The notes under the pieces were generated by a model. It worked only from the letters and a program-made list of their open reading frames with translations. It had not been told where the DNA came from and did no database searches. DNA of 64,000 nt. Source: Octopus vulgaris (lineage: Eukaryota). Of this stretch, positions 1 to 14,780 are shown in pieces. The DNA is taken from positions 58,776,001 through 58,840,000 of the forward strand of contig OX597816.1 of the NCBI GenBank assembly GCA_951406725.2. The letters are read 5' to 3'. Positions within the stretch are counted from its first letter, which is position 1. Each line of letters begins with the position of its first letter. A program made the translations under genes and the position numbers.

Positions 1-56
<56 letters not shown>

Positions 57-294
57 CATACATACATATGTAAATATATGTATGTACATATATTTGCGAA
101 TATATATATATGTTTACAAATAATTTACTTTCGCACCCGTTGTATCGTATATATAACATTGAAATACAGATGTATGCACACACATAAATACATACATTTT
201 CCGAACTTTTCATTTTGTCGACGGAAACAGCCGTTAATTTCCATGAATTTCTATACAATATTTTTACTATATAAACACTAAACTATATGCATGC

Positions 295-325
<31 letters not shown>

Positions 326-355
326 TGTATGTATGTATGTATGTATGTATGTATG

Positions 356-407
<52 letters not shown>

Positions 408-440
408 CGTGTGTGTGTGCGTGTGTGTGTATGCATGTAG

Positions 441-630
441 TTGAAATTTACAGAAAAACAAAAGACGAAGACAGGTGTATAAACAAATAGCAGATGTTTT
501 AGTTTGACGCTCGGGAAGGTGAGAAAGTCTTTTAGGTTTCGAGCCTACGCTCTTCAACAGAAAGGGACACGAAGAAATAAACAGAGAGAGAATTTTAAAA
601 AACTTGTGGATTTAGCGGTCAATCATGGCG
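441..630 (-). mobile_element. Penelope-like pLTR fragment (family P1b) with hammerhead-like motif at 529-564
   Basis: Recurs at 31017-31217, 33240-33400 and 16105-16200. Minus strand reads CTTT-CTGTTGA-A-GAGC-gtag-GCTC-GAA-ACCT-A-AAAG. Confidence 0.6.
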
Positions 631-889
631 CTTCTTGAACTTTTTTGAACTTTCTGTTTTTTCTTACTCCGTAAGTTGTTACTTTTTCTCTCTCTCTCTC
701 CCTTTCGTTTCTTTTCGTCCTCTCTTCTTTTCTTCTCCTTTTCTCTCCGTTTCATTTTTTCTTCTTTTTCTTCTTTTTTCTTTTTCTTCTCACACCTTTT
801 GAATTATGTGTGTGTGTGTGTAGATGTATGTATGTATCTATATGTATATCTACATGCATATATCTACATGCATATATTTACATGCATAT

Positions 890-944
<55 letters not shown>

Positions 945-1489
945 TATACATACATATTGCTGTACTTCGCAGTTCTTGCACTTCTTTTTCCTCATCTCCT
1001 CCATTTCGTTACTCTCTCTTCAACTTCCTCTTCCGCCATCATTTTCTTCTTCTTCTTCTTCTTCTTCTTCTCCTCCTCCTCTCCCTGCTATACCTGTCCA
1101 CAGAGAGGACCCAATTTATCCTCCCCTGCTATTATTACTTGAGACCATTAAGTTTTTATTTGTTGCTGCGTTATTTCGGAGAGCCATGAAATGTCACAAT
1201 AGTGACCTTCCACTGATTAACGCCAACGATTTCAAATAATGTCGGCCACAGTGTCATTCACCTCTGAAATAATCAAGGAAACACACGGCTATAATTAGTC
1301 TTGCTTACGTCAACCCGGCATTAAAGAGCTGGAAATAACACAAAGTTGATTGTAACAATGAAACTAGTTACTTTTCACTATTTTCTGTCGTCAAATCATG
1401 AGATAATTTTTTCGGGACAACAGAACGAAATATTAGGAAGACGTTCAGATCTCTTTGTATAGAGAGACCTGTATAGTATACGAGACGGA

Positions 1490-1635
1490 ACTACGTCTGA
1501 TTGGTTAACAAGCCCGCTGTGAAACCACGGGATTTAGGCTTCAGTTCCACCGGGCGGCACCATGGGCAAGTGTCTTCCGCTACAGACCCGACCCGAATAA
1601 TGTCTTGTAAGGGAATTTGGTTGACCGAAACTGTA
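1490..1635 (+). mobile_element. Old, diverged tRNA-CORE SINE 5' half
   Basis: Degenerate match to the head of the young copies (ggcacc-tgggcaagtgtcttc ... gaatttggt-gac-gaaactg). Confidence 0.6.
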
Positions 1636-1819
1636 TATATGTGCGTGTGTATGTATGTGTGTGTGTGTGTGTGTGATTGTGGTTGTGTGTGTTTGTATGT
1701 ATGAGTTTATATATGTGTGTGTGTGTGTTTGTATTTGTGTGTGTATGTTTGTTTGTGTATGTACGTTTGAGTTTATGTGTGTGCTTATATATGTGTGTGC
1801 TTGAGTTTGTGTGTGTATT

Positions 1820-1850
<31 letters not shown>

Positions 1851-2129
1851 TTGTGTGTATTTGAGCTTATGTGTTTGTGTGTGTATGTTTATATTATGTG
1901 TGTTTATATTTGTGTGTGTTTATGTGTGTGTTTGTGTGTGTGTTTGTGTGTGTGTGTTTATCCGTATATGTGTTTATCCGTATGTGTGTGTGTGTTTATC
2001 CGCGTACGTGTATTTATCTGTGCGTGTGCGTGTGTATGTTTATCCGTGTATGCGTGTTTATCCGTGTGTGTGTGTGTGTGTGTGTTTATCCGTGTGTGTG
2101 AGTGTGTGTTTATCCGTGTGTGTGCGTGT

Positions 2130-2186
<57 letters not shown>

Positions 2187-2226
2187 CGTGTGTGTGTGTG
2201 TGTGTTTATCCGTGTGTGTGCGTGTT
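1636..2226. repeat. Compound (TG)n microsatellite with recurring TTTATCCG unit
   Basis: Directly visible. Confidence 0.95.
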
Positions 2227-2667
2227 TAATGTTCGTAGGGAAAATACAATGTGGAAAGTGACTATATACGTGAACGATTCAAACTTAAAAACAAAGGAGA
2301 GAAGAGCGAACAAGCGTACATAAGTATCATAACTAATTTATGAGGTGATGCAGATGAGAATTTAACGTTTCGGACAATGTCCTTCGTTAAGAACAGAATT
2401 GAGGAAAGGAAGAAAAAAAAAAACGAAAATAACGTTGGTTTTGGTGAAAGAACCCAGTGAATGGTAGAACAGTAATAGGTAGAGCAAAAATATGCAGACT
2501 TGTATTTTGCAAAGGAAATAAGTGAGATGAGCTTGATAGAATTTTAAGGGGCTATCGAATAGTTTATGTATGTGTATGAGAATGTTGTGCAAATGTGTGC
2601 ATGTCTGTGTGCTATGTTGCTGCTTAGATAACGGGAACAGAACGTAGGTGAGTATGCAACAGATGGG

Positions 2668-3416
2668 GGTAGCATTTGGTTATCTCACCCCCATTAAAAA
2701 ATTGGGTTAGCTCCTCTAACTAAAAAAAATTGTTTAACCCTCAATAAAACCAAAAAAAAATGAAAAAAATTAATAAACATGAAAAGTGAAAAAATTAAAC
2801 ATTGAATCTTTTTCTTTTATTGCTTTTACTTGTTTCAGTCATTTGACTGCGGCCATGCTGGAGCACCGCCTTTAGTCGAACAAATCGACCCCAGGACTTA
2901 TTCTTTGTTAGCCTAGTACTTATTCCATCTGTCTCTTTTGCCGAACTGCTAAGTTACGGGGCCGTAAACACACCAACATCGGTTGTCAAGCGATGTTAGG
3001 GGGACAAACACAGGCACACAAACACACATATACATATACATATATGCAACGGGCTTCTTTCAGTTTCCGTCTATCAAATCCACTCACAAGGCTTTGGTCG
3101 GCCCGAGGCTATAATAGAAGACACTTGCCCAAGGTGCCACACAGCGGGACTGAACCCGGAATCATGTGGTTGGTAAGCAAGCTACTTATCACACAGCCAC
3201 TCCTACGCCAATAATCTGATAATGTTTTTATAACAAATCCTACCATTCCTATTGACAGAGCCAAAAATGTCACCAATGTGTTGAAGTATTGAATCAAAAG
3301 GATCTAACTCTTTTAATCCAATCTCTTGTTGTCACATAAACTCAATATTTTAGTGAGGAGATGACCCAATTTTTAATGGTAATTTTTTAATGGGGGTGAG
3401 ATAACGAAAAAGTACC
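2668..3416. mobile_element. Merlin-type non-autonomous DNA transposon (MITE) containing a SINE
   Basis: TIRs GGTAGCATTTGGTTATCTCACCCCCATTAAAAAATT / AATTTTTTAATGGGGGTGAGATAACGAAAAAGTACC. Perfect 8-bp TSD CAGATGGG at 2660-2667 and 3417-3424. GG termini with an 8-bp TSD are typical of Merlin. Confidence 0.75.
2810..3208 (-). mobile_element. tRNA-CORE SINE, full length
   Basis: A box TGGCTGTGTGA, B box GGTTCAGTCCC, CORE-like ACCTTGGGCAAGTG, internal microsatellite and conserved tail. Confidence 0.9.
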
Positions 3417-4431
3417 CAGATGGGTAATGTGAGATCAGAGAGTATGTGTGTATGTGTGAAGATGAGAGGTGTTACGTGCATAAAGGAAGTTTGTTGATTT
3501 ATTTTTGAAAATGTCAAAGGGGAAAGCAATCCTCACTTCACTGTGTTTCACCGGAAAATTAATTACAGCTCTCGATGCAAACGAAAAGCAGAAGATACAT
3601 TATTTTGAAAAATGATGCAGCAAACAATACGTATATAGATGTGTTTTGGAGACCTGAATGTTCTGGAGTTGCGTCAGCAAATCAACATAAGCCCCTTAAA
3701 AAGATAATCCAGTCGTCGTCCAGTTTATAAACCACACAAATGATATTTAATGGAATATGAGATATTCTTGGCTGCATAGACGAACGGTTGGTTACATGGA
3801 AGGAAGCCTTAAGTCAGTGTAGGATGGCGATGTCCCAGTCAAGGGGAACAGTATTGTAGCAGGAGCAGGAAAAGGGTTCAGATTTAATACAATGAGAAAT
3901 GAAGGAAGAGGGGAACAAAAGGCCACAAAAATTGCAGTCACATCTGTAAGAAGAGAGAGAAGATAGACAGGGAAAATATAAGTGATGTAGTTAGATTAGA
4001 GGAGGTGACAGTTTGAGAAGAGGATGCACCGGAGAGGTTTGATTACTTCTCAAGTAAATAAGGAAGCCATTATCTTTCTGTCGCTGCTTGGCACCAAATC
4101 ATATCATCTGGAAGCTGAAAGGTTAAAGTCTCTTTTAAAAACAGTCTAATCCTTATAGATAGAAGTCTCGGCTGATTAGCAGGCACAGTTAGACATGAAC
4201 CAACAATTCTATGATTAAGTTCACTGAGTTTGGTCGCCATCTTAGATTGCTCCCTCACTTTTGTATTTATCTGTTTCTCGCTTTATTTGCTTCAAAGTAC
4301 ATACGTACATACACACAATATATTCATAAATATATATATACACACACACATACATACACAAATACATACACATATATATATATATATATATATATACGTG
4401 TGCGTGTATCTCTATATATAGATATATATAC

Positions 4432-4510
<79 letters not shown>

Positions 4511-4847
4511 AGATAAGTGGTGGTACAACAAGGTACCAATATTTACTGGAAAATAGCAATCGTAATAAATACGACGCTATTGTATAGCTTCACTGCGTAT
4601 ATACTAGCAAAGACGCATGTGTGCAACAAACATGAAAAAAATTTGTCTTACCTCTAGAAAGAACATCTGATAAATGGACAACCTAGAATCGGATAATGCA
4701 GGACTGGTTTCTGACTCTTCAAATACGTTTGACAACGTAAATTTGATTAGTCTTCATCAGCTGCATTTACCTAGACAAGATTTCAAATGTTGCCACATCA
4801 ATACCAGTATACTCGTCTGAACGCCAAAATGTTAACAGAACGAGAAC

Positions 4848-5486
4848 AGTGAATGAGTGAATGAGTAAGTGAGTAAGTGAATGAGTGAGTGAACGAGCGA
4901 GTGAGTGAATGAGCGAGTGAACGAGCGAGTAATTGAGTTAGTGATTGAGTGTGTGAGTGAGAGAGCAAGCGAGTGAGTGAGTGAGTGAGTGAGTGAGCGA
5001 ACGAGTGAATGAGTGAACAGTGAGTGAGTGAGTGAGCGAGCGAACGAGTGAGTGAGTGAGTGAATGAGTGAGTGAGTGAATGAGTGAGTGAGTGAGTGAG
5101 TGAACGACTGAATAAGTGAATGAGTGAGTGAGTGAATGAGTGAGTGAGTGAATGAGTGAGTGGGTGAGTGAGTGAATGAATGAGTGAGCGAGCGAGTGAA
5201 CGACTGAATAAGTGAACAGTGAGCGCGTGAGTGAGCGAACGAACGAGTGAGTGAGTGAGTTAGTGAGTGAGTGAGTGAGTGAGTGTGAGTGAGTGAGTGA
5301 GTGAGTGAGTGAGTGAGTGAGTGAATAAGTGAGTGAGTGAACAGTGAGTGAATGAATGAGTGAGTGAGCGAGCGAGGGAACGACCGAATAAGTGAACAGT
5401 GAGCGCGTGAGTGAGTGAGTGAGTGAATGAGTGAGTGAGTGAGTGAGTGAGTGAGTGAGTGAGTGAGTGAATGAGTGAGTGAGTAA
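4848..5486. repeat. (GAGT)n microsatellite with higher-order duplicated blocks
   Basis: Visible. Block gaacgac-gaataagtgaacagtgagcgcgtgag repeats at ~5198 and ~5378. Confidence 0.95.
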
Positions 5487-7058
5487 GGTATTTGGCATAC
5501 AATGTGAGTGAAATGTCGCTATGCGACGATGTTTGTTGCCTGGTGTCATTTGCTGTTTGGCCTTTGTCAGCTGACGGCACCAAGGCGTCCATTTATTGAC
5601 AGACAATGGAATCGCAAAAATCAGAAAACATCAACACATCTGCATTGTTCTTTGCACTAACAATTCCACTCATTGTTTCCACCACAAATACTTATTGTAG
5701 AAATGGAACAGTAACAACCGATGTTGTTGTTGCTACTGCTGTTGTTGTGATTAATGACGTTAAGGTTGTGTCTCATAATGGCATATCATGTAGACAATTC
5801 TTCCGGCTTACTAAGCTCTGCGTTCAAACCTCACCCAGATCTACTTTGCCTGTCACCTATTCGGAATCGAAGGATCAATAACTAAGCTGTTCTTAGTGTT
5901 GGATTGTCGAAATGAATCGATTCGATCTGATACAGCAGATCTGTATTTCTTTCTTTTTCTTTTTCATTTTTCTTTCTTTGGTTTTTTTTTTAACATTTCT
6001 ACACGGACGTAGAAATTACGCTAATTACGAAAACCATAATTATCTTGGAGAAGAAATTGATAATTAAACAGCTATAAGCTTTGAACACTGAAATTTTGTG
6101 GAATTTCAGCCAATCAGATGCAGTCAAGCTCGACATACCGGACGTCAGAATTGCCATTTGCTCCAATAACAAGAGACCTCCAGATTGTAGCTGGATCTTG
6201 TAGAAATAGCAGTCAAATCTCCCTTAACTCAGAGCCAACGTCTTCAAAACGAAAGGCGTTCGATCGACTTGCTAGAGATAGCAGAAAACTATCTCTCAAA
6301 TCCCTTCTGGATGAGGACTGACATGGGATTAAGCAGCAACGATAATAACAAAAGGTATTTTCACCACCACCGCTGCTAGTGGTGGTGATGGTGGTGGTGG
6401 TCTGTGTGTGTGTGTGTGTGTGTGTGTAAACTCACCACCATGACTACTACCACCACAACAATAACAACAACAACAACAACCAAAACAACAACCTTCGGAT
6501 TTGGTATTACAAACCAAAATGATCCGGAAGAAATCGTTAGCGCTTCGGACATGTTGCTTTACGGAATTTGTAACGTCATCGTAACGACAATGACAGATGA
6601 CTTTGGTACCAGGCCGCATTGGTGCAAAGGGGTAGACAAATACTGCTAATCCATTTTTTAAAAAAAAACCTTATCCAGGGTCTGTGCCTTAGAAAAGAAC
6701 TTGCTAAGTGAAGACGGCCCATTGTCTCACGACCTTGGAATGTTGAACTCTACTACTTACAAGCATTCCAGATGTGACCATCTCGCCTTCATTTCAGACT
6801 TTGGGAATTAGGAGTGTCTCAGTACACTTGACCGTTGACCGTTGATCCCCAAACTGATACAAACTAAATATCTGCGGAAAATATTTGCGTGGCCAATTAG
6901 CAGAGTCCTTATCGAGTCGGACAGAATGACTCGCAGCATTTTTTATATATTTATTACTGGTGAAGGGCGGTTTATAGGGTTAGAAGGGTTTCTTGCAATA
7001 AAGATAGTCTTTATGGCGAGAAACCCAGGGTAACCCTAGAAACAGACCTTCACCAGAA

Positions 7059-7137
<79 letters not shown>

Positions 7138-7138
7138 C

Positions 7139-7198
<60 letters not shown>

Positions 7199-7200
<2 letters not shown>

Positions 7201-7450
7201 AGGCGCAATGGCCCAGTTTTAGGGCTGCGGATTCGTGGGCGTTGTGTGTGTTTATTGAGCGAAAACACCTAAAAGCTCCACGACGCTCCGGCAGGGGGTG
7301 GTGATCCCTGCTGTACTCTCTCACCACTCTTTCGTCTGTTGGCCTGCTCGCTTAGCCAGCGGGGTGGCGTCATTCAAAGGCTAAAACAATGCGAACGCAT
7401 TTTGACCAGCGATGTGTACCAACATCTGATGGTCTGGTCGGTCACGTGAT
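7199..7450 (+). mobile_element. tRNA-derived SINE family C (short or deleted form) inside (TA)n
   Basis: Head ggaggcgcaatggcccagt..tagggc matches 45689(-). Body matches 44915-45010. Tail matches 42613-42775. Confidence 0.8.
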
Positions 7451-7455
7451 GATAA

Positions 7456-7503
<48 letters not shown>

Positions 7504-8398
7504 ACATATACATACATATGCGTGTGTATGTATGTATGTATGTATGTATGTATCTACTACATATGTGGGAAATTCTGTCTGTGGGTGTGATTGTGGAGTT
7601 GTTAGCTAACTCGTCCAACATAGTTTTATCGATTTTGATGAAACTTAACACCTGAGTAGAACTCATATCTGGAAACCTCATGGCATACTCAGTTTGTTGA
7701 AAAAAAAATCGATAATAGTGCCCCAGGAAGGGATCATTATATATAGCCAAGTGAAATAACCCATTTATTTTCCTAAATTATTTAGTAAAAATGAAATTGA
7801 GTTATGCTTATTTCTTAATATTTGAACTGTTAGAGTTATTTTCGCTAGTTATCCTGTACAACTCTTAAACAAGTAAATAGTATTTTCCTAAACAATAGAT
7901 CCACTTATTTCGGTCAGTGACTTATTCACGAATATACCAACACTGGCGCCCTGAGGGTAATATTGCCTGGGAAGGCACAAAAGCCTTTTCAGAGTTATTT
8001 TCTTTGAATTGTTATTATCTCATATCTGATTAGACTGTTATTACGTAACATGTTTCACGATTTTAGTATACATACATTATTAGTATTTCCTCCTATGTTC
8101 TATATACTCTGAGAACGCATTAAAGCCCTTTTCGGGGCTACTTTATTTGAATTCTTACTATTGGGTGACTAATTTTATATTATTACATAACTGACTTCAC
8201 AATCTGGGTATTGATAACTTATTGGGAATTCCTAAAAGCAAGATCCTGTGAAAGACAGTTCGGTATTGTCTGTAAATGAACAAAAACCGTTTTAAGGGCT
8301 ACATACTTTGTATTGTTGTTATTGGATTAGCGAAACAATTATGAGAACGGAACCTAAGGATAAGCCCCGCTTTCCAGGGACTTACCGGGTACGTCAGC

Positions 8399-8490
<92 letters not shown>

Positions 8491-8539
8491 CTTTCACTCG
8501 TTTCAGCCATGCGGCCGTGGTCATGCTGGAGTACCACCA

Positions 8540-9795
8540 TAGTCTTTCTGATTTCCTCTGTCTGGAGCGTTTTACATCACGACTCCTGTATGTGCTTTTG
8601 TCCCAGCTGTTGATATATTTGGTGTATAAGGGATTTTGATTCTGCTGCCCTCGTCTGTACGTCATGTCAGGCTGTTGGTTCATCCGATATTGTGGAAAGG
8701 AGGATGTCTAGTTCCTTTTTGAAGACATCTACTTCCACCCTGGGCAATTAATTTTTGTGGCAGAGCATTGAAGACTTGTGCATAGACTATTGCAGTACCT
8801 GGTCCTGAATTTAGATGGAGTGAATGGTACCTTTGGTACAGTACAACGGCGGTCAGTTCTGGCATTCGTATAACACTCAATGCCAAAGTTAGGTACTAGC
8901 ACTTCTAGGATCTTCCATTTGTACATTATTGCATATCTCTCATGCCTTCACCCCAGGGAATAAAGCTGTAGTTTTCTCGGCTTATCCCTGTAGCTCATCC
9001 GCTTCACTGTTTCAATCTTTTTAGTGTAGTGACGTTGGACTGTTTCAAGCTCCGCAGTTAGTTTGGCACTATGTGGTGACCATAACTGGGAGCAGTAGTC
9101 CAGGTGGCTGAGAACAAAGGTTCTCCGCAGGGTCATCGTAGTTTCTTAGTCTCTTGTCTTGAAGGACCTCAGTATCCATCCTGCCAGTTATCTGCACTTT
9201 GCTGCCATCTTGCTATGTCCATATGAAATGATACATCATTGCAAATACTGATCCCCAAGTCTTTCACTGCCCGTGACTCTGGGATTGCAGTGCCTTCGGA
9301 CCCTGTATAAGTAGATTGTATTGTATTCGTGAGTTGATAGTGCAGTGTTTGAAATTTTCCAGCATAAACTGCATGTTGCTTATTTTGGCCCACCTGCAAA
9401 TTGAATTTAGGTCCCGCTGTAAGCGTGCGACGTCATCTTGAATTTTTATTGCCTGTGATAATTTTGTATCATCGGCATAGCTAATGACAGTGGCTATCAG
9501 AGTGACTGTAGGAATGTCTAAGAGGGCTATTATGAACAGCAATGGCCCCAGAACAGTTCCCTGGAGGACACCACTTAGGATTTGAGTTTCCTCAGAAAGG
9601 GCACCATTGGTTGCAACTACCTGGCTTCTATATTTAAGGAAGTCATGAAGCCACTTTCCCAGCTTCCCAGCAATGCCAAGGTCTCGTAGCTTATGACTTA
9701 TCATGCTATGATCTACCTTATCAAATGCCTTTGCGAAGTCAAGATATATATACTAACATCTGAATGGTCAAGCAGCTCTTTCAGAACTCAGTCAT
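8540..9795 (-). mobile_element. CR1-group LINE ORF2 remnant (reverse transcriptase and C-terminus), frameshifted
   Basis: YLDFAKAFDKVDH, GVLQGTVLGPLLF, YADDTKL, VKDLGI, FVLSHLDYCSQLWSPH and LETVQRHYTK motifs across several frames. Confidence 0.9.
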
Positions 9796-9809
9796 ATATA
9801 ATTATATAT

Positions 9810-10005
9810 AGTGAATCCAAACAAAGAACAAACAAGAAAAAAAAACAATAACGCGAGATCGTGGTACAAGTATTGTATTATCAGACGATCAGGAAAGGAA
9901 GGAAAGAGGATTTAAGTTTCGAGCAAAGGTCTTCTTCAGAAACAGAGGAAAGTCAAAAAAATGGGAAGACGGAGGAAGAAAATCGCCAATGATACACACT
10001 CGGTT
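9810..10005 (-). mobile_element. Penelope-like pLTR fragment (family P1a) with CUGAAGA hammerhead core at ~9909-9944
   Basis: Homologous to 15766-15975 and 24120-24312. Reads GTTT-CTGAAGA-A-GACC-ttt-GCTC-GAAAC. Confidence 0.6.
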
Positions 10006-10679
10006 ATGTGTACATAGATATACAAACAGATGTATTGATTAAAGCAGTCCATACCTATTACTTTGAGCCGTCCTGACGAAAACTGCGCGTTTATACAAAC
10101 ATGTATGTGTGTGTGTGTATGTGTGTGTGTGTATGTGTGTGTGTGTGTATGTGTGTGTGTGTGTGTGTATGTGTGTGTGTGTGTGTGTATGTGTGTGTGT
10201 GTGTTGTACAATCACATTTAATATGTTCGTGTACAGTCGGACGTAGGAAGACCTCTCGCTGCTGAAATAGTCTTCGGAGAAAATTCTCATCATAGACAAC
10301 AGGTGTGCAAGCATTAGACTATGAATAACGTCATTGGATCGTATGATTCATGCATTTCCACGCCGTTGTTCTCTATTAGCTATTTTAGCTACTGTTCTGT
10401 AAGAACAGTTGTTCTTGTATGTTGGAAAAGCAAATAATACCATTGCTGTTGCGCACAAAGCTTGCTGAAGCTGGAATTAATTAAATAGAACTGCACTAAA
10501 TAGCGTTGAATAAAATATATGCGTGTACAGTTATATTTAACACGTTTTAATACACTCGGACGTGAGAAAACCCTTCGCTTCGGAAATATATATTGGAGAA
10601 ACAATTCTCCACATAGCAAGGGGGGAGGAGCTTTGCGCTACTTCCTTTAATAGAAGGTCGTTAAAGCACATTCTTTTTT

Positions 10680-11313
10680 TCTTTTATTGTTTTATTCCTT
10701 TCAGTCACTTGAATGTGGCTATACTGGAGTACCGCCTTTAGTCCCACACATTGAACCCAGGACTTATTCTTTGTAAGCCTAGTACTTATTCTATCGGTCT
10801 CTTTTGCCGAACCGCTAAATTACGGGGACGTACACACACCAACATCGGTTGTGAAGCGATGAATGGGGGGGGGCAAACACCAGACACACAAACATATATA
10901 TATATGTGTGTATATACATACGTCTATGTACATACTTACATCCAGACGTATATATAAGTATATGTGGGCTCAGGACGACATGAAACGTGTAGAACAAAAA
11001 GTACGAAGCACGAGTACATGAAACATGAACTATTCTTTCGAACAACGAAAGACACAAACGGAAAACAAAACAAACAACACAAAGAACGATCCTTCATCAG
11101 TTGTTAGCTGTTTTTCTAGTCCCGTATTTCGAGCATTTAACAACATATATATATACGACGGGCTACTTTCAGTTTCCGTCTACGAAATCCACTGACAAGG
11201 CTTTGGTCGGCCCGAGGCTATAGTAGAAGAAACTTGCCCAAGGTGCCGTGCAGTGGGACTGAACCCGGAACCATGTGGCTGGTAAGCAAACTACTTACCA
11301 CACAGCCACTCCA
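10680..11313 (-). mobile_element. tRNA-CORE SINE with a family-P2 fragment (~10960-11145) inserted in its internal TA repeat
   Basis: Both SINE halves are recognisable. The insert matches 44220-44410 and 23695-23845. Confidence 0.85.
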
Positions 11314-11555
11314 TGTAAAATTCTAAATACGTAAAATAAAATTTTAAAAAAACATTGCTTTTTATATAAACAATGCGTTGGAGATAGAAAAAACAAATGA
11401 AATTGTTATGATTCGAATTCAGTAATGCACCAACAATAGAATGCCTATTTCTAGGGCATCCTTCAAGTACACACTTAAACACACACACACACACACACAC
11501 ACACACTCATATTTATAAAACAATACATGCTTACACATCTGTATATATGGATGTG

Positions 11556-11707
<152 letters not shown>

Positions 11708-11788
11708 ATAAAGCACGATTTATTCGTGATCAGAGTTGTTCGAAAACCGAGGTATTACTGTATACACACACACAAACACACGCACACT

Positions 11789-11885
11789 GTGTACCGTTGG
11801 CGATTTTTTTTCCTCTGTCTTCCTTCTCTGGATTCTTCCTTCTCCTATGTTTCCGACGAAGAGCTCCGCTCGTTTGGATTAACTA
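11789..11885 (+). mobile_element. Internally deleted P1a pLTR fragment
   Basis: Matches 15775-15857 joined directly to the terminal gtttggattaact of 15958-15970. Confidence 0.7.
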
Positions 11886-11939
11886 TATATATATATATAT
11901 ATATATACATACATATATATATATATGTATGTATGTATG

Positions 11940-12277
<338 letters not shown>

Positions 12278-13532
12278 ATACACACATATAGATAGATACA
12301 GAGAGACGGAGATAGAAAATATAATGATAGAGAATATAATGATTCAACGTCACTTATACTAAAGTGTTATCATTATACCTAAAAATCCTAACTACAGTTA
12401 TAACGTCATATAGACATATACGCATGGAACGCTATATTAATGACATGTATGTTGAATATTTTAATCGTGTCCTTTAAACCGCCTATAAGAAACATAAATC
12501 AAAGATTACAGAAATGCATATTTATCTATGCTCAGTTGAAAAACAAACGTGAAGAGAAACATTTTCTTTTTAATTATTTTTTATTATATAAATATAACAT
12601 CTTATATTATTTAAAGTAAGAAAGATAACTTTGTCGTGAAGAAAAACGACTATAAATTCATTAGCTAATTTCTTCTTTCTATCTAATACATTAACCAACA
12701 AATCAAAATAGATTTGTGATTAACTTAGACATGGCATGACAATTTAACGATGTCTCAAAAGAGTGAGTGTCGTGGAGTTATGTGACAACCAACGAACACT
12801 GATATATTTTCCAAAATCCAGGGTTTTTATAACTGCTCAACTTGACTTAAAAAGAATCGAAATCCATGTCAAATATTCTTTTCGAAACTTCTAGAATCTT
12901 TATATGAGCAGTTATATTAACCAATGGAAAAAACGAAAATGATAATTCTTCGGCAATACGATATTACGTCATATTGCCAATTTGCGCCACATTTCAAAAT
13001 GGCTAAAATGGTTATTGCTACAGTATGAAGACATGCTGTGGCCTAGTTACGACACTCAGCGGATGTATGGAGAGAGTTTCGCGAAGATAAATGTTGGTAA
13101 TAGATTATAGAACTGCTCGCCATTGTAGCAGCGTTACTTTAAATGGTCTGATTAATTATTTGATGATTGACGAGGAATTTTAGAGATAGATTAGGAAAAA
13201 TGAGGAGCAATCCTATCATGGAACTTGTAATTATGGAACGTTTTGACAGAGAATATAACAGACAAACTTTAAAAATTTCCACCCATCCATCTTCTCCGCC
13301 CACTATTCCTTCGAGAGTGGGAGGAGTTTTTGAGAGTCTCCAGGCCCCTCGTCCGTAGGGTTCATTTAGAAGCAACAGCCGTTACACTTTCAGGCAGGAT
13401 TCCCAATTGTGATCAACTGAGATTATGGATTATCCAGTCATGTCATTCTTGGTCTACCTCTAGACTTCTAACGTTTGGCTTGGCTTGAAGAATGTGGTTA
13501 GAATTTCTTTCCTCTAAAATTCTAACCACATG

Positions 13533-13585
<53 letters not shown>

Positions 13586-13924
13586 TATTTTTATATTGCA
13601 TTTTTAACATATGTCTATAAAAAGATTTTCTCTCAGACACAAACCACAGCGTAATGTCTTTCCTTGTTAAGTTTCCATTAAGTGTGGTCCACTGATGACA
13701 CTTTTAATGCAGTGTCAGTTGCAGGAATCGAGATTTCATTCCATTTGTCGATCTTTCCGCAGCATCAATGAATATATTATTCTGTTTCAAACATATCGGA
13801 GGGAACAAATTCCACCGAAGCAGAAACATGTCTGACGTCTTCGTGTGTCATTACCGAGATGATGTCCGCCTCTCTCTCTGATGTACGTTGTGGTAAAAAT
13901 GTCTGGAAAGAAATTTTCTCTCAG

Positions 13925-14290
13925 ATATCGACCCCAGTTGGTACTTATTCTATTGACACTGAAAGGATGAAAGGCAAAGTCGACCTTGATGGTATTTGAA
14001 CTCAGAATCCGAAGACTGCTAATCAGAAGCGTGCTAACAGCGATTCTACCATATCACTGCCTTAATAAATATTCTCTTCTATTCTAGGCACAAGGCCCGA
14101 AATTTTGTGGGAGGGAGCCAGTTGATTAGATCGCCCTCAGTACGCAACTGGTACTTAATTTATCGACCCCTGAAAGGATGAAAGGCAAAATCGACCTCGG
14201 TGGAATTTGAACTCAGAACGTAAAGACAGACGAAATACCGCTAGGCATTTCGCCCGGCGTGCTAACGTTTCTGCCAGCTCACCGCCTTAG
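13925..14290 (-). mobile_element. Two adjacent tRNA-Nin/Deu-domain SINEs
   Basis: Reverse complement of GCCTTTCATCCTTTC-GGGGTCGATAAA-TAAGTACCAG occurs twice. Head aaggcggtgagctggcagaaacgttagcacgcc. Confidence 0.85.
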
Positions 14291-14329
14291 CTCAGCATGT
14301 ATTACACACACATAACTCAATCTCTGTGT

Positions 14330-14530
14330 CTTTGTGTCGGTGTTTGTCACACTAGCCTCAGTACCGCTTAACAGCAGGTATTGCTTAGCCTACGTCTCCT
14401 TAACTCAGCAGTTCGGCCAAAGAGACCGACAGAGTAAGCACCGGGCTTTTAAAAAAATCTGGGGTTGATTCGTTCGACTAAACAACTCAAGGCGGTGCCT
14501 CACCATGGTCGTCGTTCATTGACTGATACG
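14330..14530 (+). mobile_element. Diverged tRNA-CORE SINE 3' half
   Basis: gcagttcggccaaagagaccgacagagtaagcacc...aaggcggtgc matches the family tail. Confidence 0.7.
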
Positions 14531-14697
14531 AAAGCCGTTTGACCAATGAAGACTCCCCTACGCGAGGCGGGGTGGGGGTGTCCCAGAAAAGGATTTAACG
14601 ACCTTCGCCAATTCGTGCTATTTAGTCATTCCTTGCACGGAATATTTCTGGCCAAAATCTTTCTAAATTCTTCAAGTTAATATGTATAGTTATATCT

Positions 14698-14780
<83 letters not shown>

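Larger units (their letters stand above)
2230..4090 (-). mobile_element. Decayed Penelope-like retroelement (linker, GIY-YIG remnant, pLTR), interrupted by a MITE
   Basis: Minus-strand translation of ~3520-4040 gives ILFSNCHLL*SNYITYIFPVYLSLSYRCDCNFCGLLFPSS and FVYAAKNISYSIKYHLCGL*TGRRL...RLHREL*LIF, resembling the PLE linker and GIY-YIG domain. Degenerate hammerhead (TAACGA-A-GGAC-att-GTCC-GAAACGTT) at ~2358-2395. Confidence 0.55.
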
